Shown piece after piece: positions 1 to 7,043 of a stretch of 64,000 nucleotides of DNA. A program made the translations under genes and the position numbers. The stretch is from an uncultured Candidatus Saccharibacteria bacterium (GTDB lineage Bacteria; Patescibacteriota; Minisyncoccia; Phycocordibacterales; Phycocordibacteraceae): assembly GCA_964398865.1 (NCBI GenBank), contig CAYNOO010000002.1, positions 3,588 to 67,587 on the forward strand, read 5' to 3'. Positions within the stretch are counted from its first letter, which is position 1. Each line of letters opens with the position of its first letter. Below the pieces are notes generated by a model, which did no database searches, was not told the origin of the DNA, and saw only the letters and a list, made by a program, of their open reading frames with translations.

Positions 1-294
1 CACAACGCATGCGGGTGTACATTTACGGTGACATCAGGCACTGACGGATCGCACGCTACTCATGGCGGATATACTCACGGCGCAGGATACAAGCTAGATA
101 TTCGTTACAGTGATAATCCAAAGCTCGAGGCGTTCGTCAGAGACTTGACCTTCTGGCGTCATTTTGATGATTGGGATGGTTCGGGACCAGGTACCTATCC
201 AGCGGATGTGTATGTAGATGGATGCGGTAATAGGTACGCACTGGAACCAAATATTCTTGATTTGCAGGTTAGAGGTGCTGCGTGTTCGTATTAG
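1..294 (+). CDS. 5'-truncated CDS; C-terminal domain resembling the peptidase M15/Hedgehog-DD-peptidase fold
   Basis: Frame is open from base 1 (HNACGCTFTVTSGTDGSH...THGAGYKLDIR). The TSG...H-x6-D pattern is typical of M15-like domains. Confidence 0.5.
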   Translation, partial: HNACGCTFTVTSGTDGSHATHGGYTHGAGYKLDIRYSDNPKLEAFVRDLTFWRHFDDWDGSGPGTYPADVYVDGCGNRYALEPNILDLQVRGAACSY

Positions 295-311
295 TTTTTT
301 TCTCACATATC

Positions 312-914
312 ATGCACAACAGAAGTACGATCATAATCGCCGCGGCAACCCTTCTCTTGATGCTCAGTATGGGTGCGGGAGCGGTATATATATTATTTTT
401 CGCTCCAGAAGAAAAAGTTTCCATATCTTCTGACCCGTTCTCTAAGTTGTTGCCATTTTCAGATTCAAAAGAAGGCGCTGCAATTCCTAGTGCGAGCAAA
501 AAGAAACAAGACCTCACTGACGTACAGTCAAAAAGTATTTCCATTCATGGATTGAATGGATTCGTGGAGGTGAGAGATTTTACGAAAGATGTTGGTGTCG
601 CCAGTACTACTGAGGGGGATGCTTTTTATCTGGTTTATCCAGCTGAGGGTGCATTTTCTTACAAAGACCTTGATTATGAAATTGATTATATTCCAGAGGA
701 GCAACGCATCTTCGTTCTTATCTACAAAGAACCCATTGGTGATATACGCCGTAGAATGGCAATTGATTTGGCAAACAGATTAGGTCTCTCGGCGTCGAAC
801 CTGTGCACTCTAGATATTTTAGTAATCGCGCCTCGATGGGTGAACGACTACTATGCCGACAAGAATTTCGGCTTTCCTGGATGTCCTAATGGGATAAAGT
901 TCGCAGGCGACTGA
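312..914 (+). CDS. hypothetical membrane-anchored protein
   Basis: ORF 282..914 with a likely ATG at 312, an N-terminal hydrophobic helix and two Cys near the C-terminus. Confidence 0.7.
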   Translation: MHNRSTIIIAAATLLLMLSMGAGAVYILFFAPEEKVSISSDPFSKLLPFSDSKEGAAIPSASKKKQDLTDVQSKSISIHGLNGFVEVRDFTKDVGVASTTEGDAFYLVYPAEGAFSYKDLDYEIDYIPEEQRIFVLIYKEPIGDIRRRMAIDLANRLGLSASNLCTLDILVIAPRWVNDYYADKNFGFPGCPNGIKFAGD

Positions 915-965
915 GCGCTTTAAGTTCTATTTTTTAAAAATCTGCCAAGCGAAGCAGGTCAAATA

Positions 966-1310
966 TTAGTGAGGTCTTGTTGTTTGCTCTCTAGGGCGCT
1001 TTTCTCTATCTCTACGCGTTTCTGGCGGTACTGTTGTAGCCGAATCATTGTTGCTTTCTGTGCTCGATGCAGAGAAGGGGATTTCAGGAAGGTCAGGGCA
1101 TTGACGCGCTTCCGCCATTTCTTCTTTCGTGAGCATGCGTCCACTACGGAGAACCGCTGCCATTTTTTCTGTTATCAATCGGCAATTAATTTCAGTGACA
1201 GATTGATTAGTGTCAGCGGATTGAGCCTCCGCATTTCCTGCGCCAAGCGTCGCTATCGCCGCGAATGCCGCAAGCAACGAGTTTCTGTGAGCGGGTCGTT
1301 CAAATGACAT
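966..1310 (-). CDS. hypothetical secreted protein
   Basis: ATG at 1310 (MSFERPAH...), signal-peptide-like LLAAFAAIATLGAGNAEA, and an upstream sigma70 promoter. Confidence 0.6.
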   Translation of the reverse strand: MSFERPAHRNSLLAAFAAIATLGAGNAEAQSADTNQSVTEINCRLITEKMAAVLRSGRMLTKEEMAEARQCPDLPEIPFSASSTESNNDSATTVPPETRRDREKRPREQTTRPH

Positions 1311-1385
1311 AGTTGAAATTGTAGCAAGAGATCGCAAGAGGGGGTTGTGGGTGTACAAGGAGATCCCTCTAAAATTGATTTTCGT

Positions 1386-1414
1386 ATGATACTCTATTTT
1401 TTGGTAAATGTCAA
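1386..1414 (-). promoter_or_regulatory. sigma70-type promoter TTGACA-N17-TATCAT
   Basis: Minus strand reads ttgaca tttaccaaaaaatagag tatcat upstream of the 966..1310 ORF. Confidence 0.6.
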
Positions 1415-1438
1415 GTGATATGATATATCATATCACTT
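1413..1438. repeat. 26-bp perfect palindrome, family A (core GATATGATATATCATATC)
   Basis: aagtgatatgata|tatcatatcactt. Related copies at 21768 and 59082. Confidence 0.9.
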
Positions 1439-1457
1439 CCCCTTCAGTTTTTCCTGA

Positions 1458-2348
1458 CTATACTTGTGCGAAGAAATTTTTTATGACCTGTATGACGGAT
1501 GTGGTTTCCTCTGGAGCCATCCAATGAATATTCTTGTTGTGTTTGAACCACGTTATCTGGCGTTTTGCATAGTGTCGGATTTCTGACTCTAATTCCGTAA
1601 GCATCTCGTCATATGAAATCTGCCCTTGCAGGTGTCGTGCCATATACCGGTACTCAAGCCCTAACTCTTCCATGCGCTCCCATGAGAGTCCGCCCTCATG
1701 GAGGTGTTTTGCTTCCTCCAGCATTCCCGCTTTCATCCTCTCGAGGAGTCGTGTATGAATTTTTTCATTAAGCTCATCCAGAGAAAAAGTGATTCCTATA
1801 TAGAGGACATCATACAGAGATTGCTCAGATGTTTTTGGAACCGTGCCCAATGCTTGAGCAATCTCGATCGCTCGTATCAGACGCACCGGATTTTTTGTGT
1901 CTATAGTTTCTGCTCTCTCAGGGTCTAGCTTTTTCAATCGTGCATTCAATTCTTCCAAGCTCAAAGCCGATAGTTCTAACCGCAACGCTGGATTCGGCGG
2001 GACATCAGGGAGCGTTATCGTTCCAAGTAGGGCATCTATATAAAACCCGGTGCCGCCGACAAGTATGGGGATTTTATGTCGCGCCAGCACAGCGTCCAGA
2101 GTCTCTCTGCCTAAGCGCACGTATTCAGCTGCAGAAAATGTCTCTTTGGGGTCAGCAACATCAATAAGGTGATGCGGAATGCCGTCCATCTCAGCATAGG
2201 TTACTTTTCCGCTTCCAATATCTAACTCTTTATAGACTTGTCTTGAATCGGCAGAAATTATTTCACCTCCGAGAGCCTTGGCAATCTTTATGGAAAGAGC
2301 CGTCTTGCCGGATGCTGTAGGACCGAGTATCGCTATAACTTTAGGCAT
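1458..2348 (-). CDS. miaA: tRNA dimethylallyltransferase
   Basis: GPTASGKT, ISADSRQVY, GGTGFY and YAKRQITWF motifs. Confidence 0.97.
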   Translation of the reverse strand: MPKVIAILGPTASGKTALSIKIAKALGGEIISADSRQVYKELDIGSGKVTYAEMDGIPHHLIDVADPKETFSAAEYVRLGRETLDAVLARHKIPILVGGTGFYIDALLGTITLPDVPPNPALRLELSALSLEELNARLKKLDPERAETIDTKNPVRLIRAIEIAQALGTVPKTSEQSLYDVLYIGITFSLDELNEKIHTRLLERMKAGMLEEAKHLHEGGLSWERMEELGLEYRYMARHLQGQISYDEMLTELESEIRHYAKRQITWFKHNKNIHWMAPEETTSVIQVIKNFFAQV

Positions 2349-2439
2349 ATGAGCTATGTTACACTGGCTCTGTTATCCAGTGAATTAAAAATAGGCCGCG
2401 CTCAAAGGACGATTGCGCGGCATGATTTCGCTAAATCAA

Positions 2440-3075
2440 ATGGCAAAAGAAAAACAGATAGAAGAGGAGGCGCTCTTTACGAGCATGGTGCGGGTAGGAC
2501 ATCCGATTCCTGATCTTGAGTTTGAAGCGTTTCATAACGAGAAGATCAAGAAAATTCACCTGTCCGATTACAAAGGGAAGTGGCTTGTCCTTTTCTTCTA
2601 TCCTGCTGACTTTACGTTTGTGTGCCCCACAGAGCTTGAAGAGCTTGCCGATTCCCACAAAGCATTTTCCGAATTGGATACTGAGATAGTGAGTATGAGT
2701 GCGGACACGGTATTTGCGCATAAGGCATGGCATGATGCGTCGCCAGCGATAGGGAAAATAGATTTCGCAATGGGTTCTGACCCTGCTGGCAGGCTTTCAC
2801 GCGCGTTTGGCACGTATATCCACGGGGGAGACCTTGAGTGTGCTGATGATGAAGGGCTCTCGCTTCGCGGTACATTCATCATTGACCCCGACGGCATTCT
2901 CTCTACCATGGAGATTCATGACAACTCTATTGGACGCTCAGCCAAAGAGTTGCTTCGCAAGCTTCAAGCCGCTCAATTCGTTCGTGCGCATGGTGGTCAA
3001 GTGTGTCCCGCTGAGTGGCAGCCGGGGGATGACACTCTGAAAGGCGGGGATTTGGATTTGGTAGGGAAGATTTGA
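2440..3075 (+). CDS. ahpC: 2-Cys peroxiredoxin (AhpC/TSA)
   Basis: FFYPADFTFVCPTE and VCPAEW motifs. Start placed at ATG 2440. Confidence 0.93.
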   Translation: MAKEKQIEEEALFTSMVRVGHPIPDLEFEAFHNEKIKKIHLSDYKGKWLVLFFYPADFTFVCPTELEELADSHKAFSELDTEIVSMSADTVFAHKAWHDASPAIGKIDFAMGSDPAGRLSRAFGTYIHGGDLECADDEGLSLRGTFIIDPDGILSTMEIHDNSIGRSAKELLRKLQAAQFVRAHGGQVCPAEWQPGDDTLKGGDLDLVGKI

Positions 3076-3076
3076 G

Positions 3077-3111
3077 TTAGCTTTCAGGTGTCAGGTTGCA
3101 GCTATCAGTCT
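3077..3111. repeat. degenerate heptamer tandem tract (TCAGGTN-like x5)
   Basis: ttagctt tcaggtg tcaggtt gcagcta tcagtct. Its reverse complement matches 25169..25187 at 18/19. Confidence 0.7.
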
Positions 3112-3122
3112 CTGTCTGATAT

Positions 3123-3572
3123 ATGAATGCAGAAGAAGAGTTTCTGAAAGAACTTCGAGGAGCTGATGCCATTATTGGATATTCACCCTTGGAGGATGAA
3201 CCAGATGTACATGATTTTTTGGTAAAGAATCATATTCTTAAACCGGGGCGTTCCATTATTGCCGACAAGCACGCTTCTCCAGATGATTTTGCTGCATCTC
3301 TTTTGAAAGCGCATGCTGGTGAAAAGATCTGTATCCTTATTCCAGGTCGAGAATTTGACGCCTTCGGAGCTCGGCATGGGCGTGGTGGAGGTTGGTATGA
3401 TCGTTTTCTTTCCAAGGCACCGAGAGAGTGGGCACGCATCGGTGTTCTGCACGAGTCGCAATTCTCAACGGAAAAACTCGTTCGCAAAGCGTGGGATGAG
3501 CCGGTGAGCTATTTATTGATTGAAAAAGCGGGAGTTTGGGAGGTTGTATTAGCAGATAAAAAGGCTGAATGA
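3123..3572 (+). CDS. 5-formyltetrahydrofolate cyclo-ligase family protein (short)
   Basis: LIPGREFD..G.RHGRGGGWYDRFL and WDEPV motifs. Confidence 0.85.
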   Translation: MNAEEEFLKELRGADAIIGYSPLEDEPDVHDFLVKNHILKPGRSIIADKHASPDDFAASLLKAHAGEKICILIPGREFDAFGARHGRGGGWYDRFLSKAPREWARIGVLHESQFSTEKLVRKAWDEPVSYLLIEKAGVWEVVLADKKAE

Positions 3573-3587
3573 TCAGATAATAACGAG

Positions 3588-3668
3588 TGCCCGGGGTGAG
3601 ACTCGAACTCACACCTCTCGCGAGACACGATTTTGAGTCGTGCGCGGCTACCATTACGCCACCCGGGC
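3588..3668 (-). tRNA. tRNA-Leu(CAA)
   Basis: Minus strand GCCCGGGTGGCGTAATGGTAGCCGCG-CACGA CT CAA AA TCGTG, long variable arm, GTGAGTTCGAGTCTCAC-CCCGGGCA. No encoded CCA. Confidence 0.95.
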
Positions 3669-3724
3669 TTCGGTCACGCTATCCTAACGCAAAATTTCTT
3701 TCTTTACCATGTTAGAATTTCCGC

Positions 3725-4675
3725 ATGTCGCAGTTTCAAGGAGATGCAATTTTCTGGGTTGAGGTGGAGAAGATACGCCCGAATCAATACCAGCCGAGAA
3801 CTGAGTTTGATGAAGCGAAGCTGAAAGACCTTGCCGGTTCAATACGCCAGTATGGCGTCTTGCAGCCCTTGATGGTGACGCGTTTTGAGGAGTCGCGAGA
3901 AGATGGCGGGCTCTCAACATACTACGAGCTTATTGCAGGCGAGCGGAGACTCCGAGCCTCAAAACTTGCTGGTCTTTCACAAGTGCCAGTTATCATTCGC
4001 TCCACTGAAGAGCAGAGTCGCGTGAGGTTGGAACTCGCCATCATTGAGAACCTTCAGCGCGAAGATTTGAATGCCATTGATCGCGCACGCGCGTTTGACC
4101 GCTTACAGAAAGAATTTAACTTAAACAACACTGAGATTGCCGCAAAGGTGGGGAAGAGTCGCGAATATGTATCAAACTCGATTCGTCTCTTGGCGCTGCC
4201 AGCCGAGATGCAACAGGCAGTGATTGGAGGCGCAATTTATGAGGGTCATGCGCGCGCACTTCTTATGCTTACGGACAGACCGGAAGAGCAGAAAACGGTG
4301 TTCCGCGACATTCTGGTAAGAAAATTGTCGGTTCGTGACGTCGAACAGATGACGCGTCAAATTGCAGTCGAGAGAGCTCGCAAGCGCGATGTCACTCCGG
4401 AGATTGAGGCGCTTGAGCGTGCCTTCGCGGAGTCGCTAGGCACGAAGGTAGAAATAAAATCACAGGAGAAGGGCGGAAAACTCATCATCGATTTCTTTTC
4501 GACGGAAGACTTGGAGGGAATGCTCGCGCATATGGAGCGCCATAGTGCGTCTCCTGAGGCTAAGAACGCTACTCCTCCGAGCACGGAAACAAGAAATGAC
4601 ATGGTAGACGTGCCTTCAGAGTTGGACTCTGCTCCTGCCGATGATAACTTTTCTCTAGAGCATTTTTCTATTTAA
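3725..4675 (+). CDS. parB: ParB/Spo0J chromosome partitioning protein
   Basis: PNQYQPR, GVLQP, IAGERRLRA, IENLQREDL and HTH GKSREYVSN. Confidence 0.95.
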   Translation: MSQFQGDAIFWVEVEKIRPNQYQPRTEFDEAKLKDLAGSIRQYGVLQPLMVTRFEESREDGGLSTYYELIAGERRLRASKLAGLSQVPVIIRSTEEQSRVRLELAIIENLQREDLNAIDRARAFDRLQKEFNLNNTEIAAKVGKSREYVSNSIRLLALPAEMQQAVIGGAIYEGHARALLMLTDRPEEQKTVFRDILVRKLSVRDVEQMTRQIAVERARKRDVTPEIEALERAFAESLGTKVEIKSQEKGGKLIIDFFSTEDLEGMLAHMERHSASPEAKNATPPSTETRNDMVDVPSELDSAPADDNFSLEHFSI

Positions 4676-6198
4676 TTTTTCTCTTTCTTTTTCAACGTAG
4701 CGCGTATGTAGCGACGCGCCGATGCGGTTTTTGCATACTCGAGCCATTTTTTGTTTGGTGTACCTATCTTTTTAGTCTGTATCTCAACAATGTCTCCCTT
4801 ATGAAGTTCCGTGTCGAGCCCCACTAACTTACCGTTCACTTTTGCACCCGACAATAAATCTACGAGATTGGTGTGCACTGCGTACGCAAAGTCTATCGGT
4901 GTTGCCGTTATTGGCAGGTCGATGACATCTCCTTTTGGTGTGAAGACGAACATCCGTTTCGCGAAAAAGTCTTCGCGGAGTGCCTCCTGAAATGCTTGCT
5001 CTCCTTGAAATTCTTCAGCCGCGCTATTGAGGTCCGTGAGCCAGCGCGGTGTCGGCGCAGTCGCCGGCGTAGCGTCTGTTTTCTGCCCGCGTGCCATTTT
5101 CATTAGTGATGGCACGAAGCGCCATGCCCAAGGGACTTTCAGGGCATTTTCAGCACCCTTATGGTGGTTCTTGTAGATGAAGTGAGCTGCGACTCCGAAT
5201 TTGCTTTCTCGCTGCATCTCTTCTGAGCGAATCTGTATCTCGATGATGAGCTTGTGCGGCGTAATGATGGTGGTGTGAAGTGTACGGTAGCCATTGGGTT
5301 TTGGGCTCGCGATGTAATCCTTGATGCGTCCGGGAATCGGTCGCCAGATATTATGGATGACACCAAACGCTCTGTAGCAGTCTTCCATTGTTGGCACGAT
5401 GATACGTATTGCGAAGATGTCGTACACTTTGTCTGGATCGTTGTCTTTTCTGATGAGCTTTGTTGCGAAGCTATGAACATTCTTTACGCGCGCTTCCGTA
5501 CGGAATTTTCGTATGCCCGCCTCGGCAAGTGCTTTTCGAAGGTCATTAAGCGCTCTGTCTAGCGCTTCCTTTTCTGTTTCTCCGCGCTCTTCCAAGAATT
5601 GATGAATCTTCTGGTATCTCTCTGGCTCCAGAGTTTTGAATGCCAAGTCTTCCAGTTGTGCCTTGATGAGACCGATGCCAAGCCGCTCCGCGATAGGCAC
5701 GTATACCTCTTTCGTTTCAAGCGCGATGCGCATTCTCTTTTCGATAGGTTCCACGAAATTAATCGTCTCCATGTTATGCAACCGGTCTGCGAGCTTGATG
5801 ATGATGACGCGGATATCATTTGCCGTTGCGACGAGCAGGCGACGCAAACTCTCGACGTGCCGCTCGACGCCTCGATATTTTAATTTTGAAAGTTTCGTAA
5901 CGCCTTCCACGAGGAATCGCACCGTCGCACCGAATTCTTTTTCTATTTCTTCTATCGTTACAGGAGTATCTTCAACAGTATCGTGGAGAATGCCCGCGAT
6001 TATGGTCTCGCGATCCATTCCTAATTTTGCGAGTGTCACCGCAATAGCTTTCGGATGGATGATATAGGGCTCTCCCGATTTTCGTTTCTCATCTCCGTGC
6101 GCGCGCTTAGCAAATTCATACGCTCCCTGGATAGCTTTCTGGTCTTCCGAGGAAGGCGATTGCATCGCGCGTACTATGTCGTCGGTAGGATGAGGCAT
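4672..6198 (-). CDS. rel: RelA/SpoT family (p)ppGpp synthetase/hydrolase (HD + SYN + TGS, no ACT)
   Basis: RKSGEPYIIHP, LHDTVED, KLADRLHNM, KPNGYRTLHT, EIQIR and TGS motif TPIDFAYAVH. Confidence 0.93.
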   Translation of the reverse strand: MPHPTDDIVRAMQSPSSEDQKAIQGAYEFAKRAHGDEKRKSGEPYIIHPKAIAVTLAKLGMDRETIIAGILHDTVEDTPVTIEEIEKEFGATVRFLVEGVTKLSKLKYRGVERHVESLRRLLVATANDIRVIIIKLADRLHNMETINFVEPIEKRMRIALETKEVYVPIAERLGIGLIKAQLEDLAFKTLEPERYQKIHQFLEERGETEKEALDRALNDLRKALAEAGIRKFRTEARVKNVHSFATKLIRKDNDPDKVYDIFAIRIIVPTMEDCYRAFGVIHNIWRPIPGRIKDYIASPKPNGYRTLHTTIITPHKLIIEIQIRSEEMQRESKFGVAAHFIYKNHHKGAENALKVPWAWRFVPSLMKMARGQKTDATPATAPTPRWLTDLNSAAEEFQGEQAFQEALREDFFAKRMFVFTPKGDVIDLPITATPIDFAYAVHTNLVDLLSGAKVNGKLVGLDTELHKGDIVEIQTKKIGTPNKKWLEYAKTASARRYIRATLKKKEKN

Positions 6199-6201
6199 GT
6201 T

Positions 6202-6366
6202 GGAGTGCGGTCGAAAACTTAATTTCGGCTCAATGCAAATTTTATGGCTATGAGACAGGACGGCTCGCTCTCAGCGTATTTCCAATACGTTTCAAGGTCC
6301 GCCGGCGTCTCTTGCTTCAGAAAATCTGCATCTCGCTGATCGAAAGCAAGTGTCCGTCCGCACTCC
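6202..6366. mobile_element. MITE-like/structured 165-bp element with imperfect 19-bp terminal inverted repeats
   Basis: Left end ggagtgcggtcgaaaactt versus right-end reverse complement ggagtgcggacggacactt (16/19). Internal hairpin cgtatt-tcc-aatacg. No clear target-site duplication. Confidence 0.5.
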
Positions 6367-6454
6367 CTCTAGTGTACAGCGCGAAAGGTCTGAGTTCCAT
6401 GTTTGAAGCGTGGGATATTTGACTGAAGGATTTTTATTTAGTAAAACGTATTTT

Positions 6455-6589
6455 ATGAATGAAAAAGCTCCGCATGTATTTGCGTCATGTATGAATTGCC
6501 TTCACGTCATCATGAGCGACGAGCAGCGAGTAGAGGTAGGGATGGGTAGTTTGAAGATACGGTGGGCTCACGCGGTTTGTCCTAGCTAA
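6455..6589 (+). CDS. 44-aa zinc-finger-like microprotein (CxxC...HxxC)
   Basis: Hand translation MNEKAPHVFASCMNCLHVIMSDEQRVEVGMGSLKIRWAHAVCPS. TTGACT-N17-TAAAAC ends 7 nt before the ATG. Confidence 0.6.
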   Translation: MNEKAPHVFASCMNCLHVIMSDEQRVEVGMGSLKIRWAHAVCPS

Positions 6590-6604
6590 CTCCCCGAATA
6601 GTTC

Positions 6605-6754
6605 ATGGAAGAGAGGTTTCTCCAGGAAAGCAGTCTCAAATGCGAATTGTGCGGGCAGCCTTTGACTGAAGGGCAAAAGATATGCGAGGGAAGTGGGGAG
6701 TCGGGGCTTGCTCACGAATCCTGCGTCCAAGACATCTTTGGATATTCATCCTAA
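6605..6754 (+). CDS. 49-aa zinc-finger-like microprotein (CxxC...HxxC)
   Basis: Hand translation MEERFLQESSLKCELCGQPLTEGQKICEGSGESGLAHESCVQDIFGYSS. Confidence 0.6.
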   Translation: MEERFLQESSLKCELCGQPLTEGQKICEGSGESGLAHESCVQDIFGYSS

Positions 6755-6783
6755 CTTCTCTCTACGTTTTATAGTATAGATGC

Positions 6784-7032
6784 ATGGAAAACAGAAGAGT
6801 TCATCGAATGAGTGACGAAAGGAGAGAGCGTAGAATCAACAATCTACGCAAAGGAGTTCAATATTTAACGGCTGCATGGCTTGAAGGCTCTCCTTCGCCA
6901 GAGAAAAACAAACTTCATCACATTGCTTCAACGGCTCAAGTCGAATTATCGCATTCGCCTGAAGTTTCCCGAACAGGCAGGCATGAAATAGTACGAAGAA
7001 GAGTCGCGATCGTTTTGGCTCGGAAGTCGTGA
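6784..7032 (+). CDS. small hypothetical protein
   Basis: 82-aa ORF filling intergenic space, with a -10-like TAGTAT 6 nt before the ATG. Confidence 0.55.
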   Translation: MENRRVHRMSDERRERRINNLRKGVQYLTAAWLEGSPSPEKNKLHHIASTAQVELSHSPEVSRTGRHEIVRRRVAIVLARKS

Positions 7033-7043
7033 CGTTTCTTTTG

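Noticed and set aside
3669-4700. Canonical parS site near parB
   Set aside because: No TGTTTCACGTGAAACA-like 16-mer was seen by eye.
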